From positions 10,510,741-10,574,740 of the forward strand of contig OZ037768.1 in NCBI GenBank assembly GCA_964035545.1: a stretch of 64,000 bases of DNA, written 5' to 3'. Origin of the DNA: Bugula neritina (Eukaryota; Animalia; Bryozoa). Shown here one piece after another: positions 49,801 to 62,559 of this stretch (within the stretch, counting starts at the first letter, position 1; each line of letters starts with the position of its first letter). The position numbers and the translations under genes are program-made. The notes under the pieces were generated by a model. The model saw only the letters and a program-made list of their open reading frames with translations. It did not search any database and was not told the origin of the DNA.

Positions 49801-52800
49801 TATTTTTAGAACTATTAAAGCTGAGAAGATAATTTGTACTAACAAACTTCAGGCAGTATACTCTACAATAAAGTGATTTAAGAAGGGACATTTTCCCAAC
49901 TTTTTAATCCATGCTCCAAAACTTTGAACCATGCAATTGAAATCCCCATTATTTCTCCAAACAAAGTTTTTCTATAAAATTCTAGTGACTGGGTCATGTA
50001 TAAAACATTTATTTTTACTAACTGGGTTCCCAGTACACAAAAACACAATAAAAATAACTTATTAACATTATTCAACAGTACTCTTGGTTAGTTCTTGACT
50101 TTTACATGTTCAGATAGTATATAACATTGTTTTTTCAGGCTTTCAGCATACATATGGATGGTTACCTGTGGAAAGCTTGCACAATGATAGGTGGAATTTA
50201 TCTGTTCTTCATCATGGAAAGGTTTCTAAAGATGGTAACAGAATGCTGCATGGTGAGTTGAGTTACTTTCCATCTGGGAACCTGCTCGAAACTCTGGTTT
50301 TGGTAGCATTATGCACATTTAGATTTTGTGAGATCAAACAATTTATGCCGATAATTTTGCATTTTTATTAAAATGTTGTTGCATGTTTTTCATGCATTCT
50401 GTTGAAAGATTTTCTGAAATTATATAGTTTTTGACATCACCTTCAACTATACTGCTATTTCTGCTGTTGCTGCTGTTACTGCTATAGTCATTTATATTAA
50501 TGCACTAGTGACTAGGCAATAGTCTCAATTTCATGTTGTGTAACTTGCCCAACTATTTATATTTCAAGCTTGCAGTCACTTGACTAAGAAGTGCACATTT
50601 AAGCAATTAATGGGATAGTAACAGTTTCTGTGGTCTACACAGTCAATTATTCACGGGACAAATGTTTTGCAGAAATCTTTAAGCCTTTTTTCTGCTGGCA
50701 TAGTTCTTTACAATATCTTTGATTGTATTAATTAAGCCAGGTTCAAAGTTTGAGCAGTAGCAACTGAGAGAATTGAGTTTATTTTGTCTAAAGCAAAACA
50801 TATTAGTTCTATAGAAGTTAAAGTGATCATTTGATTTAGACTGGAGAGTTTTATAATGTAGCCTATTCTGTATTATTTTCTGTATAAATGTCTCCACAAT
50901 CATGCATTGAGACCTTTTATATAGTGAAAATAATTGATGGTTTTATATCTCTGAATTATGTAATGTTTTTGAGAACAATGGACATTGTTATATTCTTTAA
51001 TCTGAACAATTGTTTAGCATAAGAGACACGAAGAAAGTGACGTTGCCAGAGTAGACTGTGTTGCATCACTTCCTGGCGATACTTACATTGATATCAACAG
51101 AACTGGAGTCGAACTCAAACATGCTGAGCAAAAAATAGACCAAATGGAAGAGGTATAAATTATAGCATATAAGATGAATGTCTACATAGCATTTAGAATG
51201 TCGTTCAAATACCTCTAACATTGTGTTGTTTGTTCCCAAGTCTATAATATTATGTAGGCTATATATATGCAATAACAAGATCTCCAATTATTACTTAGTT
51301 ATAGTAAATGCTTACACCAGATATTTAGATATGTCAAACTGAGATTGTTTGCATCTATTATAGTCGTAGCTGACATTATGTACCTCTATCATGTCTGCCA
51401 TTGTTTTCCCAATTTAAGCGATGTTTTATTTTTGGCAAACCATTTTTGTTTCATAACGCAGCCGTCTGATGCACTGTTACAGATCAAGGTAAACTTTCAT
51501 TTTTAAGTCCAGCTTATGTTTGACATGCTGGCTGCTATTCATTTATCGGGGCCCCAGGTTTGGAGTCCCTCAATTAACATTTTGTATGTTTAAAGCAACC
51601 TAGCATGGATGTTTGTATGCAAACTGGATGGACAACTCCTTTTACTCTAACTCAATGTTATTGTGCACGTTGCACTCCTGTAGCTTTGCTGTTTCCATAT
51701 ATAGACTTCTACAACTCATTGTCAACGAAATTGGTTCACAGCTTGTATTACTTAGCTTCAGTTGTATGAATATTATAATTTTGTTGCAAAGGGCAATATG
51801 CTGGAAAAACTATTTTTAAGATTTTATATTCTGAAGTAAGGGCATAGTACAGCTACTGTCTCAATGTTTTTAAGGTTAAACAATGCACTAGTTATTGCGT
51901 GGATTATAGCAGTTGCTGATGGGTCTTAATCTTACTTTATATCCAATTAAATGTTTATTATGATTTATGTCTATAAGCATGCGTGCACCATGAGTTGCTG
52001 AGAGTGGAATGTTACTAGATGAACCATTCAGCAGTAAGGCTTTTTAGATTTGCTGGTTGCTGTACAGCATAGCTCTCCATGAATACTCACCTGGCTGTAT
52101 AATCCTGTGTAGAGTTTAGCTCGTTACTTCCCTGCTCCTCCCTTTCCTCTACTAACTAGATAGCCTTTCGTTAGCCCTACTCCTGAGAACACCCATGTTC
52201 TAGACTTTAAAACAACATGGCACCTGCCAGTCTTAGTCATTAGTTTCCCATTTCCCCTTTCTTATATGTATATTTCATTGAAAGAATAGCTCCTTTGAAA
52301 ACTCTATTTCTTTGATTACTAAATGGTATCTAATAAACTGTATTTAAGAACAGATTGTCTGACAATGAGTTTGGATAGTAAATTTCTTATGATAGAAATA
52401 TAAACATTATAAACATCATTCCATGCTATCAATTTTGGCAGCTTTCTTCAAGTGCCCTGCTGGTATATATGACAGTAGCAGCACTTATCAGCTGTTTTGT
52501 GTAATCTCTCTACATGCATGCCAATAGACTGGAGATGGGAATACAATGGATGACACACCTTGCAAAGGAAATGGGCATGTTCAATCTACTGATAACATTG
52601 TGACACACAAGTCTAAGAAGCCTATTGCAACTGTAGCTTGGATGATAATAGTAGGGGATGCCTTCCATAATTTTATAGATGGCCTTTCTATAGGTATGTT
52701 TCTAATCTAATGCAAATACATACTTGCCGAAATAAAAATTACCAGGAGTAGAAAAGTTGTCTGTTCTAAACAGGCTCATGAACTCTCCCTCCAGGTCTTA

Positions 52801-54453
52801 TGAGCTGTTGAATCATTCATCTAGGTCCTAGGAGATTTGTTTTCTGAAATGATAGCCAAGTGTGATTTTTTTATTACAAGCTAGTTTTCACACTTTACTT
52901 TAGTATTATTTTAGATTCAACATATCATCTTGATTTATGTTATTAAATCTTGCTCATGGTTTAATTGTCATAAAATTAAACTCTTATTCAGAATTGACTA
53001 TTAGGCCAGCTGAATGAGGAGTAAAGCCTTAGATCTTCTTGTATAGATAAGATCACAATAGAATATTTGTCTCCTATATTAGCTATGCTCTTTCATTGTT
53101 TTCATTAATTTCTTTGTTACACTTGGCAATGCGGAGAGTACTATTTTGTTTGCTAACTTGCGTTGCTATTGTAATTGATTTTTTCTGCGCAAAGATGGAA
53201 GTCATCATAAAGTCTACATATGTTTAGCATTTAACTTCAGTGAATAACAATGTCTCCTAATATTAAAGCATTTTGGCAAGCATAGTTATTTCAAAGGAAA
53301 AAAATTGTCAAGAATTTAAATGCTGGAATGAAAAATATTAATATTATAAGGTCTACATCAACACTATGTTTTGTAGGCTTTATGGATCACTACTGCTTGA
53401 CTGTCTAATGTCGTTTGATAACCTTTATTTTAATGACTTTATTTTAGGTGCTGCTTTTTCTGAAAGTATTTTGCTGGGAATTAGTATCTGTTTGGCCGTT
53501 TTCTGTGAAGAGTTACCCCATGAGCTAGGTATGTTTTAATTTAGTGTCTGGTACTTCACGATGTTTTAGTTTACGAACTGGGCAGTAATGTAAGTTTTCA
53601 ATCAAGTTTTAAAAGTTTAATTTCTACTTGCTTTTATTTGTATAAATTAAATTTGTAAAATTATCGTTCATAACCATATCTTGAAGAAATATATTCTGAA
53701 GACTCTTTGGAACCTCTCAAATCAGTTGAGAATTATTATTATTACAAAGTTGTTTTGGAAATATCCTGAACTCTGATTGACATGATAAATTACTTCGTCT
53801 CAGTTTTATTTGTCAATATATTATTTTGCTGCTGCAGTGTATATTTAGTAATGTCTGTACAGTTAGCTCCAACTAAGGTACATAAAAAAACAGGCTCGGT
53901 TTTAAAATATTGTATAGCTAGAAAAAGGCTAGCTTATTTCGAATGAGGAATTGGTTTGCTAATTCATTTCTATCCTATATGCATTTATATTTTGTAGGGG
54001 ATTTCGCAATACTACTCAATGCAGGGATGAGCAAAAAGCGAGCCCTCCTGTTCAACTTCCTGTCTGCATGTACTTGTTATATTGGCCTAGCATTTGGTAT
54101 ATCTCTGTCTAGTGTGGCCTATGCTACTCCATGGATCCTAGCTATTGCTGGAGGAATGTTTCTCTACATAGCACTGGCTGATATGGTACACAACATTCTA
54201 TATCTCATTGTGTTAACAATTTTGTCTGTTTTGCAACAAATTGTAAGAGACTTTTATGTTGTGCTTTGTGTGCTATTAATGTATATGAGTGTGTCCTAGT
54301 AAGTAATATTTATAGATGCCGGAGATGAATCATGCTGCGGAAGAACATAAAGACAACCCATTCAGAGTTTTCTTTGTACAAAGTTGTGGATTTTTAACTG
54401 GAGTTGGAGCCATCCTTCTTGTTTCTTATTATGGAGGCAAAATACAACTCTAA
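46838..54453 (+). CDS. SLC39A14: LIV-1 subfamily ZIP metal transporter, ZIP8/ZIP14-like (co-orthologue of vertebrate SLC39A8/SLC39A14)
   Basis: Signal-peptide-like N-terminus, [12 protein letters not shown] (CPALLY motif), [58 protein letters not shown] (EExPHE variant characteristic of ZIP8/14), [17 protein letters not shown]; TAA at 54451-54453. Confidence 0.9.
51462..51488 (+). other. Candidate 27-nt in-frame micro-exon of the SLC39 transporter (PSDALLQIK)
   Basis: catttttgtttcataacgcag|CCGTCTGATGCACTGTTACAGATCAAG|gtaaac; phase 0/0 between two phase-0 exons of the TM3-TM4 loop. Confidence 0.6.
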
Positions 54454-55007
54454 ATGCTTTGTTGTTGGAGTTTGAACTTTGCTTAAACTGCTTAAATACT
54501 TTACCTTAGGCATAGTTGACACATTTTCTGTTTCTCCCTACTAGCATGATGAGCCAAGTAATGTGAATTTTTTGGTGCCTATTTTCGACTATTTGTTATT
54601 TTGCAATATTTTATGCATAATAATCATATTTGGTGGGAATTTTTGTTCTTGTATAATTACACACCAATTTTCTTTTTTTTAATGACTTTTGAAAAATTTT
54701 ATTGCTCGTATACAAGATGTGTGTAGAATGCAATATGACATAGGACTGCTTAAAGTATACAATATATTCGTCCAAGGCTGTTTGTTACCAGAGTTTGAAT
54801 CTGTAAGAAAGAAACTGTGCATACCAATCTACGTAAAATATGTACACAAAAAGCATTTAGTCCTCAAAATCATGGGAAAATTCATTCATGAATACACAGA
54901 AGTTTATACACAGATGATTGAATGAGTCTAATTTACAAGTAATCAATTGCATGACCTTATTGCCCACTATTGCATCTTGTTAGAAAAAAACGTATAATTA
55001 CACTGTA

Positions 55008-58000
55008 TTAAGGGCATTTCTTATCAACACAAGATTTGCCATGTTCATCATACTCTTGTTTGGAGATCCACATCTGCTGAAATGAGCCCTGGAAATACAA
55101 AATATAGATTAGTCAACAATAAAGTCTTTCCAGAACAACATCAAGTATTACTTCAACACAGTTAACTTACATCAACATATTCGGAAAACTAAGTGACTTG
55201 ATTCTAAATTCTAAAACATCACAATTTAGGAATTTTAAGTCTTGCATGTCGTAAATTAACAAAATTCAAGCCCAATAAATGAGATAAACTTGTGAGGCAA
55301 CTGTGAGTTAATGTGTCATTGTCACCTCTCCTTGACACAACATAATTTAAACATTAGACAAAAAACAATAGCATTGCATCATCTAGACTTGGCGTGGCTT
55401 TTGAATTGTATTTATAGCTCTGCTACTAAGAGAAGATACAAAATCTGATGCTAACCAAGGAGGCTAATATGGATCCACCAATCCAGCAGCTGAATCTTCT
55501 CTCCGTGTTACCAGGCACAGTCGGGGGTATGACCAACTTTAGCCTCATGTTGGGGGGAGTCTTAATAGTCAGATCTCTACTTAACCTTTCTGTGAACCCT
55601 TGGATGAGAGAGTTACCTCCAGATACGATAACACTGCTAAATAGACTCTGAAACAGAATGCAGCAGGTTACTATGCAATTGAATAGTATTAAAATGAATA
55701 TCGGGCGAAAAAGAGATAAATTGTCATATACAAACAATCACATGTGCTAGTGAAAGGACTAAATTAAAGCTATGTAAAAACATGCCACAACATTGTACAA
55801 CATAAAATGCTTAGTAACAAATAGTTGCAAAAAAACATGTTTCAGCTCTTGAAATAAAACAAGGCTGCTTAAAAATTCAATGTTAAAAGTACTTCTTGAC
55901 ATATATTTTCTATCAAGTCTCAACACGGTATTTATTAGATATCAGTAACAGATATGGTATTAAGTACAATTTATAGAGTCCTAAATGAGTTCCAATCTAA
56001 TGATTATACCAAACATACACTCAACTATGTATAAAAGTAATACTAAATAGAAAATTGTGACAATTACGAGTATATAAAAAATCTTACGGGTCGAATATCA
56101 ATATCACACATGCCGACGCTAGTGGTCACGAGATGACTGACACCGAGCATGGAGTTTCCTGCAGGAATTCCCTACAAGCATACATACATATGTTCAACGT
56201 ATAACACAGACAGACATATGCTTTGTTTCAACAAATTAAAACTATAAAAACTCACGAAAGTTTATAGTTACTATTCCTGTAAGAACCCCTAATGAAAAAG
56301 TTTTTTTTAAGGGGGCTAAGGAGTTATTCAGATGTGGCACAGGAGCAATTATGACTAGATGCTCTTCCTAACGTCACCAATAGCCTTTGTCGGGGTTCGA
56401 ACCTATGACTCCGTGTTTACTAAGCCAGTGCTCTAATCCCTTGACCACAACTGCTCCTTAAATTAAAGCTGTATGTTTACTGTTATTTAGTTGGGTTGGT
56501 AAGAGTAACACTTGATACTCAAAGAGTCAAAACGAGTAATAAACTTTAAAGTTTAAAGAAACCACATGCAAACAATTTCAAATATATTACCTTAATTGTA
56601 GAAGGATCAAATAATCCTTCAGAAATTCGTAATCTTTCAGCTCCAATGTCAAAATTGTATCCATTTGGTACCTCATAATGATATGTAGGCAGCTGGTCAG
56701 CCGATCTGAAGATACATAGGAGAGTTGTGTTCTCCACTTACAAAAATAGCAAAATTGAGACAGATATTAAAATCCAGGCCGATGTATGGCAAGAATGTGC
56801 TTAGCTCAGCAATAATCACTTTATGCTATCTTTTACAACTCTATCGTGAAATAAACATTTTTATGATTTATTTGTAGTGCAATATATGTGTTTTTATTTC
56901 TATACAAATAGAATTTTTCTGCTTCCATAGTACTTTCTGACTTTGTGCTACAACAAGCATACGAAAGGTACAGATTGATAAGTTATGGTGAAGTTATAGT
57001 TAAAGCCGTAGCTAGAATTAAAATGGTTAATTTCGCTCAACTAATGACGCTAAATTGTTTTTATATTAATGCCTGCAAAAAGACAATCATATTACATGAC
57101 TTTTATGAAATTGCAATATCAACATTGAGGTGTTTCTTTTTCTGAAAGTATAATTGGAATGAAAATTGATGCAATCAAGCTTAGTTGAATTAAAAAATTC
57201 AAAAACATCAAATCCTTGTTCCATTTTGAAAAAAAACTAAATACAAAACTATACATGCACAAAATATCATGCTTAATATTTATATTCAATAAAGCAATTA
57301 TAAACTACGGGAATTATTTCAAGCACTTACTCTTGGTCATAGGGCTGGTCAGACACTTGCAAGACACTGGCAGTAAAATCTTGCAGCACGTCATATATCA
57401 TGTACTTCTTATAACTATCGGTCAGTGAAGGAAGGTTGGCTTTTTCTGTCCACTTAGCAGGTTTTCTCTCATCTACTACTTCCTGAAAGTTAGTAGTGAA
57501 TTTATAATAATGGTTGATGAGTTAGCAGTTTGGAGTTGTGATTCACTTTGGAGTTGTGATCCATATAATTAGACTGGCAAACAACTATAGCTAGTTCATA
57601 GATATGCACTGCAAAAGGGCTCAAAGCATTCGAAAAACAATATGATGGTTTAATTGTTAATCTTTATACTCCTATTCCAATTTTGATTACAATTGTACGA
57701 AAATATAATTATAAATTATGTAATAAAATTCATGCCATTTAAATGTTCTGTCATAATATGAAAAGAAATTTTATTATATTGATAAAAACAGGATTTCAAA
57801 AATATTCTCATTTTGCAAAGAAAAGCATTATTTAACTATTGTTCAAAAAATGAAAATTTTGATGACGGTCAATGATTATAGTATTTAACAAAATATTACT
57901 TAATTATTTTATTTTTCAATCAAATGATCTCTGAGAGCGCTTTTAATATTTTCAGTTGTAATTTAGGAGAATAAACATTACGGTGACAAAACATAGAAAA

Positions 58001-61000
58001 TTGTAAAAGGTAACTATAGAACACAAAATTTTTCATTCTCTACAATTCATTGGAGGTTGTCCATTTTTTTCAGCTGCCAATAAAAATTTTCATCTTGATA
58101 AAGCACATGGCTAAAAGAAAAATAATGCGATATAAAAATTTAACTACAGCACTTTCACTTTCTATGTTTCAAGTATTCACTCAAAGATTTTCTTTTGCCA
58201 GTTTCACCCAGTGTCTTTAATCTTCGATGAAGCAAAAAATTTGCCTTCAAAAACATCGTATCATACAGCCTTATAAATATAACATTTACAAACAACCAGA
58301 AGTCCAGTTAAAAAAAATCTTACAAAATTGTGAAATTATTTTTGAAATAAGTAGCACAACTACTATCTTTATTGTCAAAACAAATTGTTGCATACATGTG
58401 CATTCTCTCACATTGTGAATAGTCTTTTAATAAGCTCTATGCCAATGTTTGAGAAAAGACAACTCTGGTCTTTAAAAAATATTTCTTTGATATTTGAATA
58501 GTTTCACTAGACATTTTTGCTAGATGGATTTCAATGCATTATAGTATCTGACTAGTAACACTAACCTTGGAGGCAATCTTATACGGAGGGACAATTTCTA
58601 TATTGTTTTCTTTGAAGTACTTCTCGCATTCTGCAGTAATAAAGTTACCTGCCAAGGGTGACTTCACAATACCTGGAAGTGAGACAGCTAGTTAGCAGGA
58701 GTGGTAAGCAATTTATTCTAATAGTTTAGCTAACAACTTGCATCATGCCAGTTTATAATACTCGACATTTCACCTCGGAGGAAGACTCATCGACAATCTG
58801 GATCAAAAGCGTAAACAAATTTCAACACTTATTTCTTTTACAAAATGTCATAATCAAATTTTGGCTTGAACAAAAGTTATAGCAATTTTAGTTTATTACT
58901 TTTAGATTCTAATTTTCCAAGCATCAAATAAAAATCACTTATAATTATTGTTATTGAACTTGAAAAATAAACATTATCGTAGAATATGAAAAATTACACC
59001 TACCTTGTTGCAAAACATATCCATCATAGACGGGTACAGCTGTGGTGTACGTAGCTCCACTATCTACTACCAAGCCTGTGGGTCTACCATTAGCAAATGC
59101 TGTTAGCACTGCACTTTTACACAAGAAGAACGCCGGTATATTATACTTTTCAAACATTAACTCAGTAAGCTTCTCTCTTTTAGCTTTAGTGTTCCACTGC
59201 AAAATATTAGTCACTCAATCATATAGCAATTTCACAAATGTTGATCAAATTGAAAATTAGAAAAAGAGCAAATATAGTACAAAAACACTATAAAAATATT
59301 ATTTGAACTCATGACAGCTCTTCAACCTTAACATAGAGCCACGAATTTCACATCCTGACTTCTCATCAAAAGCAGCGCTGTACTATACTATAGCATGTAA
59401 ACAAGATGACCATAACCAATAGTGACTTACAGTAAAATGTGAGACTATTGTATAATCGCCTGGTTGGTTGTGACTCGTGTATTTATTTGGCTTCATTTAA
59501 CTCATGATAAAATATTATAACCTGTGTATGCTCCACTCTCGCTTAAACTAACAACCTTACTCACAGCACAAGAATTAAATTAGCAGTTATGACAAATATT
59601 GCAATTGTTAACTCGTACACTATATCATTGCCCTCAATTAAAAACAAGGACGCAAGTCTAATTTATTTACCGGAGCCTCAGACATTAATACAGGGTGTTC
59701 AGCTGGTACAGATCTTAAATGCTTTGAGTATGTGTAATCCACCACCTGTTCGAATATGTCCCAATTGTCAACTACAACATAAAATATACAACATACATAC
59801 ACAACTCATAACATTGTCAATAAATAGACTCCAGGCACAGAGCAAGAAAACACCAAATATATTTGAATCATTCAATTTTACAGAGCTACATCCTTTTTTT
59901 TAATGATATGAATAACTTCAAAGATGATGCGATTTCAAATTATCTTAAAACATACTCATGCATTCACTCATGAATGTAGACATTTCCATATTAGCACGAG
60001 GTAGTCGTATATTGTTTGTATCTATATAATATTTCTTCTCACTAACTGCTCCACTGAGATCATCAGTTTCCATCTTCTCCGCTGCTTCCACAACACCTAC
60101 AACAGCAGTGACATTCTACCTTACTAACATAACCAATATCGTAATCATTTGGCACTACAATATTGAGTATAATGAGTATAATATAGTTTAAATCAGCAAC
60201 TACTGATAAATACTTGCTAACAGACCTGAACTATAACCACATTGCTGGCTCAAATTATTTCGACAATTTTTTTGATTTTAGCATGAAACCAGTCTTACTT
60301 AAATACCCGGTATCTTTTTAAAGAATAACATACTGTACACATATGACTCAATAAGTTACCATATACAGGTATGTTACTGATAATATAAGAACATATGCAT
60401 ATAATATATCAAGTTACCAATAGTGCTGGGAAATTCCACTTTTGGTGAATCTTCTCCGGCATATCCTGCTCGAACAGAGTATGAACCAAAATCCATAACC
60501 AACGCCCCGACCTCATCTGTCAAACATATCAGCAAGATAAGTGAAATATTTCACAGAATTGTAACCTATATGAAAGATATCATTTATCATTAAATATTAA
60601 ACAAGTTATTTATAGATAATCAACAAAATATTGGAAATCATTTAGCAAAAAAGCTTTCAAGTTTATATATTTATAAATCTGCAACATTTAGGTGCAGGTT
60701 CAACATTTTATTCCTTGTGTTTTGTCAACCTACTCAAATAAATTAAAAATGAATTTGTTGATGCAATTGACAAAATAGTGTTAAGTACTAAATATGTGTG
60801 CATCAAAAATAAATGCTATATCATAGGATGGTAAAGGTGTCATTAAAATATCTTATGTAAAGTTAAATGACACTTGAATAATATATTTTTGGGGCACGTT
60901 TGTTTCACTATATTAACTAAAAAGTTTTTGCATTGTAGAAATTATTTTGTTGGCTAAAAATAGTAAACCTTGAACTTTTTGATGATCTATGAATAAAGAT

Positions 61001-61563
61001 AATTATTAATTCAAATTTACTTGAATCAATTTCAAGCTATTAACTTAGAGTTTAATATTTTCTAAATCACACTAAGTAAAATCTATCAGGTAAAAAGTAG
61101 TGTAATTAAAATAGCAGCATAAATATTAAAACAACATTAAAATACTGAATAGTTTTAGAAACTTTATTTTTCGACCTACACACATTACTTAGCCAAAGTT
61201 GTATATTCAGATCCAGGCCAATATTCATTATTTACATAATTTATTTTAAGTGGGTGCCAATTATATCATAAACCCTATCAACTTGTGGTTTCATAAAAGT
61301 TTCTTAATCAATGAATCCAAACTAATTTAATGCTTAAAAAATTGCTAACTATATTAAATTTATATGAGTTGACTTTTTAACTACCTACTGTTAAATTATT
61401 CCAGTTAGAGCAAAAACTAAACAGTACATTTCAATTAGCTAGGATTGTTGGCTTATTACTAGACTTATTGTGATAATCTATGGCCATAGGCTATAGCTAA
61501 AAACAAAAGCAACAGTGAAAAACATACAATTATATTACCTCCACCATAAACTCCTCCACTCAT
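55008..61563 (-). CDS. ACTL6A: Actin-like protein 6 (BAF53/Arp4), 11 coding exons
   Basis: [120 protein letters not shown]. Invertebrates have a single ACTL6A/B homologue. Confidence 0.96.
56311..56458 (-). mobile_element. tRNA-derived SINE in an ACTL6 intron
   Basis: Minus strand reads AGGAGCAGTTG-TGGTCAAGGG (A-box-like)...GGTTCGAACCC (B box), then a tRNA-unrelated body TGGTGACGTTAGGAAGAGCATCTAGTC and an A-rich tail. The acceptor stem does not close, so it is not a tRNA. Confidence 0.75.
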
Positions 61564-61790
61564 GTTGATATGAAGAACCAATCCAAGTATTCACCAACAA
61601 TTCAATTTCAAATACAATAAATATAATGCAAGTGAGTGACAATATAAATCAGGTTGTCAACTGTCATTGAAGTTGAACTTGATGCAGTCGTACTTCACTA
61701 ATTCAACTTGGACTTGGGTTTGACGGGGTCGGGCCCTGTACCTTTAAAGACATAGAACACTTGAAAACATTCATGGTAATAGAACTAGAG
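61564..61790. promoter_or_regulatory. Putative compact bidirectional promoter ACTL6/DSTYK
   Basis: ACTL6 ATG at 61563 (-); GC-rich GACGGGGTCGGGCCC at about 61722; plus-strand donor GAG|GTATTA at 61790; DSTYK acceptor region at 62520-62541. Confidence 0.5.
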
Positions 61791-62559
61791 GTATTATACT
61801 TATAGTAATAGTTATAGTAGTATTACTATTACTATTATTAGTGATCAAGTTACAGTCAACGTCTTGAAATTCTACAGTGCTAGTGCCTGATCCGTTATAA
61901 TTACACTTACCTCACTCGCAATTCAACGTGTGTCTGTGACACTGACTGTGACCAGTTGTGAGTAGACTCAGACTGAGACTGTAAATGTAAGTCAAAGTCA
62001 AAGTAACTGCAAGTCGTAAGACTAACTCCAACTGTAGAGTTGTCCTTTAAAAGATAATTGTAAACTGACTTTTAAATCAAGAAAAACTATACTGAGAAGC
62101 CTAAATTTCTTATTTTCTTGGTTGTAGATTACTATTAGTAGTATTACTGATAGATAATGCTTTAAGTTTAAGCTACAACCATAACGCCTAATGATAAGGT
62201 CAGACCAAGAAGACCGCAAAACCTGAATTGTAATTTTTTTTCTTTCATATAGCTGACGGGTCCACTTTTTAGTTTTGTATTTTTCGTATTCCGTACTTTA
62301 ATTGGATCCGTATATTTTAGTTTTGGGTAGGCTAATCTCGATTGGATGTTGAATTTATAGCTTGGGTTTTATAATCTATTTAGATGTAGGCACCCCTCAA
62401 TCTCCCCATCCAAACATAAATAGCAATATTAACATTGTGTAGGATAAGGAACTAATATGTGAATTCCCCCAGTTAGCACTCAGACTCTTGCAAGAATTCA
62501 TTTTAAGCTTCCACTTTTTGTTTTAGTTAGATGATTTCTAGTTTTGTACCAAGTTTAAT

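Noticed and set aside
56385-56458. tRNA gene
   Set aside because: A and B boxes present but no closing acceptor stem; continues into a SINE-like body.
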